IMG/VR virus record: IMGVR_UViG_3300009314_000016
DNA: 50,945 bases
Strand: one strand, 5' to 3'
Source of the DNA: a virus
In this document: positions 23,753 through 32,320 of the stretch, one piece after another
How the letters are laid out: each line of letters begins with the position of its first letter
Position numbering within the stretch: the stretch's first letter is position 1
Program-made: the position numbers and the translations under genes
The notes under the pieces: generated by a model
The model's input: the letters and a program-made list of their open reading frames with translations, nothing else
Database searches by the model: none
What the model was told of the DNA's origin: nothing

Positions 23753-25528
23753 ATGCCGAAAAAAGTAGCTGATATATTCAGCAAATCATTCAATTTGATA
23801 CACAAATCTGACTCTGATATATATGAATTCGAGGGAGTAGCCACAGAAGAAGGCACTGCGGATAAAGCAGGTGAGGTCTTCGCTATAGGTGCTTTCAATG
23901 ATCAAATAGGCAAGACCGTAGTAGTACAAGTTATGCACAAAGGTATATCTACTATCATAGGATCAGGGGTATTAAGTAAAAACGGTAGCAGAGTGATGAT
24001 TAAAGGTAAATTATACAAAGAAGTAGAAGCAGCAAAGGCGATAGCTTTAGCTAAATCAGACGGAGCACAATTTAATTTAAGTATAGGCGGTAAGCGGTTG
24101 GAATGGTCCTGGGTGACTGACGATGCTTCAGGTGCTACTTACTTAAAAACTGAAAAAGCAAGCATTAGAGAGGTAAGTTTTACAGGAGAAGATCAGCAAG
24201 CACATCCAGATGCAATAGTAACTAAAACAGACAAGGGAGAGGATAACATGGACAAAGCAATGGAAGAACTGTTAAAAGCGATATTAGAAGGTACTAAAAA
24301 TACATCAGTTTCAATCGGGGATTTAGCTAAAAATCTAGAGTCAGCTGATTTAGATGAAGTAAAAAAATCTGTAGGTTCAGTAAAAGAGGACCTAACAAAA
24401 GTAAACCAACTGGTAGCAGATAGCGAAGAAAAATTTGCAAAAGTAGATGAGTTAAAAGAAGTAAAAGAAACTTTAGTTAAAATGGATGCAATAGTTAATA
24501 AATTGTCAGGACCTGCTAGGGGGGTTAACAATCTAGAGAAAACTATGGATGAGAGTGTGGAAGCTTTCAACAAGTATTTAAAAGCTGGTAAGTTACAGTA
24601 CTTAAAAGCTGGAGAAGAGTTAAACGAATTCTCTGCGGACTATAAGAAAACTATCTCTACTGACACTGCTTCAGCAGGTTATTTAATTCCACAGATCTTA
24701 GAAAGAGAAATCCTAAAAGATCTTAAAGAAAACAACAGCTTCTTTGCGGATGCTAAAATGTATACAGGAAAAGGTAAGTCAATAGACATCCCTGTAAGAG
24801 ATGCATGGACTAACACCGTACTAAATGCCACTGAAGGTAGTGGAGTTACAAATGGTGACATCACATGGTCGTTAATTACTTTAGAAGCTGGTATACTTCA
24901 GTCTCAAATTCCTATCACGGACGAAATCAGAGACGACGCAGCATTTGATGTAGCTGCGGAAGTTATGGAAGCTGTATCAGAAGATTTTAACGCTAAAATA
25001 TCTGAAGATATCGTAAACGGTGTCGTAGCTGCTGATCAGAAGTTCGAAGGATTCACAACAAATGCTACATTAATAGCTAACGCTATAGAATCAGTAAATG
25101 CCGTAGGTGGAGGAACATTAGTTCTTACATACAATGATTTCGTTAACCTGGAAATAGCTCTTAAAAAACATGATAGAAAGAATGCAAAGTTTTATGTTTC
25201 TAGAGACGCTTATAGAGCTATGAAATTAATGCAAGACAACGAAGGTAGACCATTATGGCTGCAAGGTTTAACATCTTCTGCTCCGTCAACATTTATGGGT
25301 TATCCAGTAGAAGAGGTATTCAACATGGATGACTTATCTACAGCAGGTAACTACCCAGTATTATTTGCTAACTTCGGTAAAATGTACGGAATATTCGATA
25401 GAAAAGGTATCATGTCTGAAATTGATAGACAAGTAGCTAACAGAATCGATTTACACGTTACAAATGCTAGAATGGGGGGTAAAACTATCAGACCATGGGC
25501 AGGGGTTATGTTAGAAGCGAAAGCTTAA
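23753..25528 (+). CDS. Fused HK97-type prohead protease (S78) - linker - major capsid protein
   Basis: N-terminus: FEGVATEEGTADKAGEVFAIGAF...VQVMHKG...FNLSIGGKR (protease His/Ser blocks). A coiled-coil middle. C-terminus: SAGYLIPQILEREILK... HK97-type capsid. 591 aa. Confidence 0.8.
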   Translation: MPKKVADIFSKSFNLIHKSDSDIYEFEGVATEEGTADKAGEVFAIGAFNDQIGKTVVVQVMHKGISTIIGSGVLSKNGSRVMIKGKLYKEVEAAKAIALAKSDGAQFNLSIGGKRLEWSWVTDDASGATYLKTEKASIREVSFTGEDQQAHPDAIVTKTDKGEDNMDKAMEELLKAILEGTKNTSVSIGDLAKNLESADLDEVKKSVGSVKEDLTKVNQLVADSEEKFAKVDELKEVKETLVKMDAIVNKLSGPARGVNNLEKTMDESVEAFNKYLKAGKLQYLKAGEELNEFSADYKKTISTDTASAGYLIPQILEREILKDLKENNSFFADAKMYTGKGKSIDIPVRDAWTNTVLNATEGSGVTNGDITWSLITLEAGILQSQIPITDEIRDDAAFDVAAEVMEAVSEDFNAKISEDIVNGVVAADQKFEGFTTNATLIANAIESVNAVGGGTLVLTYNDFVNLEIALKKHDRKNAKFYVSRDAYRAMKLMQDNEGRPLWLQGLTSSAPSTFMGYPVEEVFNMDDLSTAGNYPVLFANFGKMYGIFDRKGIMSEIDRQVANRIDLHVTNARMGGKTIRPWAGVMLEAKA

Positions 25529-25537
25529 TTATAAATT

Positions 25538-25564
25538 AGAACAGAGACCTTAGGTCTCTGTTCT
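25538..25564 (+). terminator. Stem-loop after the capsid gene (attenuator or stabiliser; weak U-tract)
   Basis: agaacagagacc-tta-ggtctctgttct perfect 12-bp stem. Confidence 0.5.
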
Positions 25565-25581
25565 TGAACGTGAGGTGCTAA

Positions 25582-26151
25582 ATGAGTAACTTGTTACTTG
25601 ACCCAGTTATACAAACTAAAATAGAAAGCCTTTTAGGTTATATACCCTCTGACGAGTGGTTAGATGTAGCCTGGAGTTTTCTAAAAAATATACTAGGTTA
25701 CGATCCTTCTTTCGGAAGTAAATTAGACAAGAAATATGGAAACAATAGTGATGTATTATATCTAACCTCAAGACCGGTAAAAACTCTTAATTCTGTTACT
25801 ATAAGTGAATCAGTGAAAGATATAAACGATTTTGACATTAAGGATGAGAGAGCTGTAGAGTATCTTACCTCTAAATTCTATAAAAATCCTGTATGCCAGT
25901 CGGTTTCTCTAATCGGATTAACTCCGCGTTATCGGACAGACAGGATTATTGTAGATTATGACGCAGGATATACAGCTGAAGAGTTTCCTGACGATATGTT
26001 ATATGCAGTTATCCGAATGGTAACTAGCCTGACTCAGACTATCGACAAGGGTCACGTTGAGCAGTACAAAATAGATGAACTTAGTTACAAATTAAAATCA
26101 GATATGGTTTTTAAAAAAAGTATAGAAGATATGCTTTATAACTATATTTAA
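25582..26151 (+). CDS. Head-tail connector (gp6-like) protein
   Basis: Position immediately after the capsid gene; GAGGTG before the ATG. Confidence 0.45.
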   Translation: MSNLLLDPVIQTKIESLLGYIPSDEWLDVAWSFLKNILGYDPSFGSKLDKKYGNNSDVLYLTSRPVKTLNSVTISESVKDINDFDIKDERAVEYLTSKFYKNPVCQSVSLIGLTPRYRTDRIIVDYDAGYTAEEFPDDMLYAVIRMVTSLTQTIDKGHVEQYKIDELSYKLKSDMVFKKSIEDMLYNYI

Positions 26152-26162
26152 GGGGTGGTAGT

Positions 26163-26498
26163 ATGGACGAATATATATTAGTTTTTAAGTTAGTTAATAC
26201 AGTCACTGTATATACCCCAGGAACTACCGACCCTGATTACGGAAAAAAATCTAATTTTACTAACGCACCTGCGAAATGTAGGATATTTGGTAAAAGGGAT
26301 AGACTGCAGATAACCGGTCCGAAGGTGGATTATGATTATAAGATTTATATGAAAACAGCACCTAGTGAAGATTCTAGAATTTATATCGGAGAGACAGCTG
26401 AGACAGATCCTGATAAGGTGAAAGCTGCTGCTATTAAGTTTATAAAACCGTTATTCGGTATCAGCGGGGCTATAGAAGGCTATAAGGTGCATATATAA
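26163..26498 (+). CDS. Head closure / head-tail adaptor protein
   Basis: Size and synteny; AAGGGG before the ATG. Confidence 0.45.
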   Translation: MDEYILVFKLVNTVTVYTPGTTDPDYGKKSNFTNAPAKCRIFGKRDRLQITGPKVDYDYKIYMKTAPSEDSRIYIGETAETDPDKVKAAAIKFIKPLFGISGAIEGYKVHI

Positions 26499-26911
26499 TG
26501 GGGCGAGATGTAGAAATGACTTTCGATAATCTAGGTATAATCCTAGATAACGTAGCCGACATACCTGATAAAGTAGAAATGGAGTCAGTCAGGGCTTTAG
26601 CTAGAGTTGTAAGAACAGCTTTAAAAGACGATATAATACCTGTCACCCCTATGTCACCACCTGATTCAGGCACTTCTGGAAATTTAAGAAGATCCGGTAA
26701 GGTTAGAGTCGAAAGAAACAATTATAAAGTAGATGGAATAATAAGCTTTGGTAACGCAGAGGTAAATTATGCCAGTTACGTCCATGAAATGCCTGACAGC
26801 ACAAATTGGACGACACCCGGTACAGGTAACAAATATGTTGAAAAACCTCTGCGAATTCACAGTACCAAATACATGAAAATGATAGCAGATTGGTTAAGGA
26901 GGTCTTTGTAA
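26498..26911 (+). CDS. HK97 gp10-family tail component
   Basis: SGNLRRSGKV...NYASYVHE resembles HK97 gp10 family blocks; synteny. Confidence 0.6.
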   Translation: MGRDVEMTFDNLGIILDNVADIPDKVEMESVRALARVVRTALKDDIIPVTPMSPPDSGTSGNLRRSGKVRVERNNYKVDGIISFGNAEVNYASYVHEMPDSTNWTTPGTGNKYVEKPLRIHSTKYMKMIADWLRRSL

Positions 26912-27363
26912 TGAATGTATATAAAGATACAAAAGATTATTTACTTTATTATCTAGGTAATCCTATAACCTTTGAGACATTCAGTACGTTCGAGGAATAC
27001 AACTCATTCGGGCAGAATGATTCTGATATAGATTTTGTGATACAAATAGGCCGGCAACCAGACAAAGAGAACTCAGTAACATTGATACCTACCGCGGGAT
27101 TAGGTACTGACGAGGGCCGGGGCGGTACTAAAAGGTCAGGTTTACAGATATTAGTAAATCATTCAGACTATGCTAAATGTCTAGATATTATAGAGCAAAT
27201 AGATTTTATATTAGATAACACCAGAGGAGATAATTTAAAGGTAGTTAAACCTGATTCTAAAGTATACGGTTATAGATTAACTGGAAGCGCTATCGATTTA
27301 GGTGAGGATTCCAACGATAGAACTACTATGTCAGTAAATTATCTTATATATCAGAATAAATAA
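26911..27363 (+). CDS. Tail completion / terminator-like protein
   Basis: Track ORF 26890-27363. Start moved to ATG 26911 after AGGAGG. Call is by synteny only. Confidence 0.4.
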   Translation: MNVYKDTKDYLLYYLGNPITFETFSTFEEYNSFGQNDSDIDFVIQIGRQPDKENSVTLIPTAGLGTDEGRGGTKRSGLQILVNHSDYAKCLDIIEQIDFILDNTRGDNLKVVKPDSKVYGYRLTGSAIDLGEDSNDRTTMSVNYLIYQNK

Positions 27364-27373
27364 GGAGGCACAA

Positions 27374-27808
27374 ATGAATGATAATAATGCAAGAAGAGCA
27401 CAGGACATAGTAAAACTTTCTATAGCAGATTCAGTAGGAGGAACACTAGCGGCCGTAGTTCACTGGACAGATATTCAAAGAAACAGTAACAGAGGGAGTA
27501 TTTCTGTTAGGGATGCCCAATCAGGCGGTTATGATGATAGTATAGCAGGAGATGAAAAAATTACTTATACTATTACATTAAATTATCAGGATGATAACGG
27601 AGCAGATGCCGGGGCTGACAACTTGATGGCTATTTCGCAGTCAGGGATTAAAACTGATTACGAATATATAAAAGAATTAGGTGCCGGCTTACCAGTAGAA
27701 ACTGGAGAGGGTTTCATAACTCAAGCTACGGATTCTAACGGAGATCCTGTTTCAGAAAGTTATACGTTAGAGGTTAGATGTAAACCTACCTACAGGGTAC
27801 AAGTTTAA
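27374..27808 (+). CDS. Major tail protein
   Basis: Lies directly upstream of the G/GT chaperone pair and tape measure; AAGGAGG before the ATG. Confidence 0.55.
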   Translation: MNDNNARRAQDIVKLSIADSVGGTLAAVVHWTDIQRNSNRGSISVRDAQSGGYDDSIAGDEKITYTITLNYQDDNGADAGADNLMAISQSGIKTDYEYIKELGAGLPVETGEGFITQATDSNGDPVSESYTLEVRCKPTYRVQV

Positions 27809-27836
27809 TAATTGAAAGCATGCGGAGGTGCGAATA

Positions 27837-28286
27837 TTGAGTAAAGAAAAAATAAAAAATTTGGAAGAAATGCAGGATAAAATAACTAAAGAAAATGAAG
27901 CTATAATAAATTCAATAAAAAAAGACGTAAACGGAAACGTGTTAGTAACCTTAGCAGACGGAGACCATACTTTAGTTTATGATTACAATGCTATAGCTAC
28001 GGCGGAAGAAATGTCAGGTCAGACTATATTTCAACTGATAGATAGGACAGAGAAGAATTCACTAGATTTCATAGCTATGAGACATTTATTAGCAGCTGGT
28101 TTGTGTCATGAGAGGATAGTTAAAGAAGAACCTGAGTATTCTATAGTAGAAATAAAGAAAATGTTAGTAGGGATAAATCCTTTTAAGGTTATGACCGCGG
28201 TAGGTTTAGCAGTGGGAAAGCTTATAACCCAATTCCTCACAGATACCCAGAATACAAAAACCCTAGAAATTCAAGACAAAAAATAG
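27837..28286 (+). CDS. Tail assembly chaperone (G-like)
   Basis: Position before the tape measure. TTG 8 nt after GGAGG. Ends in GAC AAA AAA TAG. Confidence 0.7.
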   Translation: MSKEKIKNLEEMQDKITKENEAIINSIKKDVNGNVLVTLADGDHTLVYDYNAIATAEEMSGQTIFQLIDRTEKNSLDFIAMRHLLAAGLCHERIVKEEPEYSIVEIKKMLVGINPFKVMTAVGLAVGKLITQFLTDTQNTKTLEIQDKK

Positions 28287-28297
28287 ATTGGGGTAAC

Positions 28298-28618
28298 TTG
28301 TTAATAAAGGCTTTCAGCCTTGGAATAACTGAAAAAGAATTCTGGTCGATGACTCCTTTTAAATTTTACTTACGTTCGAGAGGTTTCGAAGAGAAGGTAA
28401 GACTGGAATCAGCAGTTAATCTATTACTGGTAAACACAGTTAGAAGTCTAGGGAAAAATAACGCTCCTATACAGTTTGAAGAACTATTAGGGGTAATGAC
28501 TTTGAAGGATATGAATTTTAAAACTAGAAAACATTTCTTTAAAGATGGTAAAACTGACTGGGAGGGTTGGCATAATTATGTAAAAACAGTAATAAATCCT
28601 TGGAAAGAAGGGAGGTAA
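28298..28618 (+). CDS. Tail assembly chaperone frameshift extension (GT-like, reached by -1 slip)
   Basis: The -1 frame is open from 28229. No SD or ATG of its own. A6 run at 28278-28283. Confidence 0.65.
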   Translation: MLIKAFSLGITEKEFWSMTPFKFYLRSRGFEEKVRLESAVNLLLVNTVRSLGKNNAPIQFEELLGVMTLKDMNFKTRKHFFKDGKTDWEGWHNYVKTVINPWKEGR

Positions 28619-28621
28619 CCA

Positions 28622-30829
28622 ATGGCAGAACAGGTAGGTACGTTAGAAGGTCGTATAAGATTACGTACCGACAGGTTACGGGATGATACCCGGAGAGCTT
28701 CTGGGATGTTCCGGAACTTAAGTAATTCAGGTAGAATGTCTGCTAGAAATATGTCAGCAGGTTTTAAGGCTGCCTTAGTAGCTATCACAGTAGCTTTAGT
28801 TAAACTAGGTAAAGAACTTATAGAAATAGCGAGCGATGCCGAGGAAACTAGAAACAAGTTTCTTACTGCGTTTAAAGGTATAGAGGATAAGGCCTTAGCG
28901 ACAGCGAGGACGCTAGCACAAGCTTATAAAATGTCTAAACTGGAAGCCGAAAAGCTTTTAGCAGGCACCGGAGATCTGCTAAAAGGTTTCGGTTTTTCTT
29001 CTGAATCAGCCTTGCAATTATCTTTTCATGTACAGGCTTTAGCCGCTGACCTTGCGAGTTACAATAATCTACAAGGTGGAACGGCTAGAGCTAGTGAGAT
29101 ACTTACTAAAGCACTATTAGGGGAAAGAGACTCATTAGTAGCTTTAGGTGTTAAATTATCTGAAGCAGATGTAAAAGCTAAATTGTTAGAAATGGGTATG
29201 GATAAGTTAGAAGGTCAAGCACTATTAGCAGCGAAAGCCCAAGCTACTTATGCACTTGTTTTAGAACAAACTGGAGATGCACAAGGTGATATCGCCCGAT
29301 CAGGTGAGTCTTACGCTAATCAGATGAAAGAATTTAAAGCTAATGTTAATGATTTAGCGGTGGCGTTAGGTAAAAATCTTTTACCTGTGGCAAATGCAGT
29401 AGTAAAAAGTTTTAACAATATGTTTCAGTTCTTTGAAGATAGACGAATAAACAGCTTACAGAGCAGGTTAGAAGCTTTAACGGAGCAACAAAGACGATGG
29501 AATCGTGAACTAATCGGATTTAAGCAGAAAGGTTTAGAACAATCGGTACAAATCGTTTTACGGAATTTAGACCGTGTAGGCACTGAATTAAAAGAAGTTC
29601 AGGATGAGTTAAAAGATGCTAAAAAAGATGCAGAGACTGTAGAGATAGAGCCTATAGAATTCGAGTTAGTAGCCAATGTGGATACCATAGTAAGTGATAC
29701 GGAGGAATCTTTGAAAGATGCCTTCAAAGGATTTAGGCTAGAACCTGGTTTATTCGAAGGATTTAGAACAGGTTTCAAAGAGATCTTTGGTAAAACACCT
29801 GGCGAAGATATAGCGGAAGCTACTATAAGAGGTGTATCAGGTGCCGGAGGCGGTGGGTTCGCTGAAGCGGTAGGAGGTACTGAACCGTTGCGTGATTTCG
29901 TGCAGGTTGTAGAGCAGGTAAACGAAACTTCGCGTGATTTGGATTCTGAACTAAAAGAAGTCGAAGAATCTGCTAAAAAAGCTGCTGAAGCTAACTTCAG
30001 ATACAGCGTGGCTACTTTCGGGGTAGAGGATGCTATAAAACAGTTTACTGGAGAAATTATAAACAGTTTACCCTTCGTTTCCGAGTTCACTACAGGCATG
30101 AAAGCGGCTAGGGACCGAGAAGCAGAGAGAGTAACTAAATTAGCTTTAGGTGCTGGATTAGGTGAAGAAGCTGCTGCAGAGAAAGGCGAAGAAGCTGCTA
30201 AATCACTGTCAGTGTTAAAAACCGTAGCCTCTGGAGCGGCCTCTGTTCTGTCCAACATGGTACAGAATTCTGTATCTTTCAGTAAGTTTATGGAGGATAT
30301 ATCACCTTCTTTAGAATCTATAACAGATATTATAGGTAACACCTTAACTCCAGTTTTCGGTATCTTAGAAATAACATTAGAAACATTCGCTCGTATCATA
30401 GGTTGGATAAATGACACCGTTTTAGTACCTGTAGGTAATATCTTCATAGACCTATTTAATGCAGTAGCGGATATCATAAAAACTATTACGTTCGGTGCAG
30501 TTAAAATAGGGAAATTAGACGCTTTCAGAACTACTGAAGAACTACGGGAACTTAGAGAAGAAACTAGCAAAACTACGGAAGCTATGTCAGGTTTAGGTAA
30601 TATATCTGATGTAGGTCTAGCTGCTATCAGACAGTCTACTGTAACAGGTAGTTTAAGTAGTAGCCCTAGAAACAGGTTACCTGCAGGGGAACACCCTATG
30701 TTAGCTAAAAGAGGACCTAATCAGGTTATAGTACAAAATGTATCATTACCTAATGTACAAAACGGAGATCAATTTGTTAATCAATTGTTGAATAGAAGTG
30801 TGAATAAATTTGGAGTATTAGGAGGTTAG
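28622..30829 (+). CDS. Tape measure protein
   Basis: 735 aa, Ala/Leu/Glu-rich helical protein directly after the G/GT pair. Confidence 0.85.
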   Translation: MAEQVGTLEGRIRLRTDRLRDDTRRASGMFRNLSNSGRMSARNMSAGFKAALVAITVALVKLGKELIEIASDAEETRNKFLTAFKGIEDKALATARTLAQAYKMSKLEAEKLLAGTGDLLKGFGFSSESALQLSFHVQALAADLASYNNLQGGTARASEILTKALLGERDSLVALGVKLSEADVKAKLLEMGMDKLEGQALLAAKAQATYALVLEQTGDAQGDIARSGESYANQMKEFKANVNDLAVALGKNLLPVANAVVKSFNNMFQFFEDRRINSLQSRLEALTEQQRRWNRELIGFKQKGLEQSVQIVLRNLDRVGTELKEVQDELKDAKKDAETVEIEPIEFELVANVDTIVSDTEESLKDAFKGFRLEPGLFEGFRTGFKEIFGKTPGEDIAEATIRGVSGAGGGGFAEAVGGTEPLRDFVQVVEQVNETSRDLDSELKEVEESAKKAAEANFRYSVATFGVEDAIKQFTGEIINSLPFVSEFTTGMKAARDREAERVTKLALGAGLGEEAAAEKGEEAAKSLSVLKTVASGAASVLSNMVQNSVSFSKFMEDISPSLESITDIIGNTLTPVFGILEITLETFARIIGWINDTVLVPVGNIFIDLFNAVADIIKTITFGAVKIGKLDAFRTTEELRELREETSKTTEAMSGLGNISDVGLAAIRQSTVTGSLSSSPRNRLPAGEHPMLAKRGPNQVIVQNVSLPNVQNGDQFVNQLLNRSVNKFGVLGG

Positions 30830-30831
30830 AA

Positions 30832-31191
30832 ATGTCAGCTTTAGGTTATATTATAAGATCGTATGATCAGGAAAAACTGTATTTAACGGGTAAATTTACG
30901 ACTGATGTTACAGACGTAGTACCTAATGTCGCCAGAACGGCCGGTAGAGTAGCTAGGAGGTCTGTTATAGACGGATCACCTACTATACATGTACTTGAAT
31001 TTAGGCCGAGAGAAATTAAAGATTTTAAAAGAATCTATAATTACTTAAAATCTAAAGCCTGGGGTCCTGAGGAAATTTTCCTAGAATTCTATAACGGGGT
31101 AAGAACCTATTATCCTTTAATAGAGAGTGATCAGAATTTAGGCGGACTAGAAAATAGACAGAACTATAGATTAGTTTTAGAGGAGGTGTAA
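30832..31191 (+). CDS. Tail tip / distal tail component (small)
   Basis: Synteny after the tape measure; GGAGG before the ATG. Confidence 0.4.
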   Translation: MSALGYIIRSYDQEKLYLTGKFTTDVTDVVPNVARTAGRVARRSVIDGSPTIHVLEFRPREIKDFKRIYNYLKSKAWGPEEIFLEFYNGVRTYYPLIESDQNLGGLENRQNYRLVLEEV

Positions 31192-31192
31192 A

Positions 31193-32023
31193 GTGGGCAG
31201 ACAAAAAGTGAACTGGTCAGCTAATGACAAAATTTTAATAGATGCTAGAGCAGATTTGTATGATATATTAACTGAACTTGGCGTTCAAGAAACCGGGGAC
31301 GTATCTTTTGTTACTACGTCTGGTGCAGCTAACAGTTTAGTTAGAACCGGAGCCTCTGGCGAACTAGTGTTATTAGGCGCTAGTGTATCTAGGTATGCAG
31401 GTAACGCTGGCCAGGTATTTTTATCCAGACAGAGCGACGGTCTAAAAAATATAGGTATACGATGTAAAGCAGCGGAAAATACCCTAGACTTCGTTAATCA
31501 GAGTGGTGGAGGTTCTTTTACTTGGGGGGACGGAACTACTGATATAATGAGCTTAAACGGGTTAAACGGTAACCTAGGCATAAACGGCGGGCTTACCGCA
31601 GGCGGAGATTCTTTGATCAAAGTTACATCATCTAGTGCTTTTAAAGTGCAGAATGGCGCAGGCATTGACATTTTAAAAGTAGATACTACTAACGAGTTAA
31701 TAAAGTTTAATAGAAAAACCGCTAGCAGCGACTTAACAGAGTTAACAATTTTTGCGGGATCTATAGATATAACCGGAGACTGGCATGTTATAGATACTCA
31801 AGATAATCTCGCCACTGATGAACTAGATACAATCAATGGCGGAGTTAATGGTCAGACTTTATACTTAACTCAGGTGTCACCTTCAAGAGTGACCACTTTT
31901 AAGAGTGGCACTGGAAACATGATACTTTCTGGAGGATCTGATTACACTCCTTCTGTAGAAAAAGAAATATTAACACTTAAATTCACTGGCTCAAACTGGT
32001 ACGAAGTTAGTAGAGGAGTTTAA
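31193..32023 (+). CDS. Tail / baseplate-associated protein
   Basis: GTG after GAGGAGG; Gly/Ser/Thr/Asn-rich; synteny. Confidence 0.45.
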   Translation: MGRQKVNWSANDKILIDARADLYDILTELGVQETGDVSFVTTSGAANSLVRTGASGELVLLGASVSRYAGNAGQVFLSRQSDGLKNIGIRCKAAENTLDFVNQSGGGSFTWGDGTTDIMSLNGLNGNLGINGGLTAGGDSLIKVTSSSAFKVQNGAGIDILKVDTTNELIKFNRKTASSDLTELTIFAGSIDITGDWHVIDTQDNLATDELDTINGGVNGQTLYLTQVSPSRVTTFKSGTGNMILSGGSDYTPSVEKEILTLKFTGSNWYEVSRGV

Positions 32024-32040
32024 AACTAAAGGAGGGTATA

Positions 32041-32310
32041 ATGGGTTTAAAGTTAAAAGATAAAGATGTTTTTATGCAGGACATAGAATATTGGAAGATA
32101 GATTATTTCGAATACGTAAAAGGAAAACTTAGAATCAAACTGGATGGTTATAAAAATAGAAAGTCTAGTATAGAAGGCGCAGAACCTAGCGATAAAGAGA
32201 TTATAACTATCGCTTACGATAAAACTTCTGTAAGTTTTAAACAATTGTATAAAGCTGTTAAAAAGATAACTAAATTCACTACGGCAGAAGATGTAATAGA
32301 AGAAAAATGA
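32041..32310 (+). CDS. Hypothetical protein in the tail module
   Basis: Track ORF, AAGGAGGG before the ATG. Confidence 0.6.
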   Translation: MGLKLKDKDVFMQDIEYWKIDYFEYVKGKLRIKLDGYKNRKSSIEGAEPSDKEIITIAYDKTSVSFKQLYKAVKKITKFTTAEDVIEEK

Positions 32311-32320
32311 GGGGGCCGGT

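Noticed and set aside
29599-30570. 323-aa antisense ORF inside the tape measure gene
   Set aside because: It has low-complexity Ser/Ala/Thr-rich translation and no SD. It lies fully within and opposite a gene supported by synteny and length. This is a typical shadow ORF of an Ala/Glu/Leu-rich gene.
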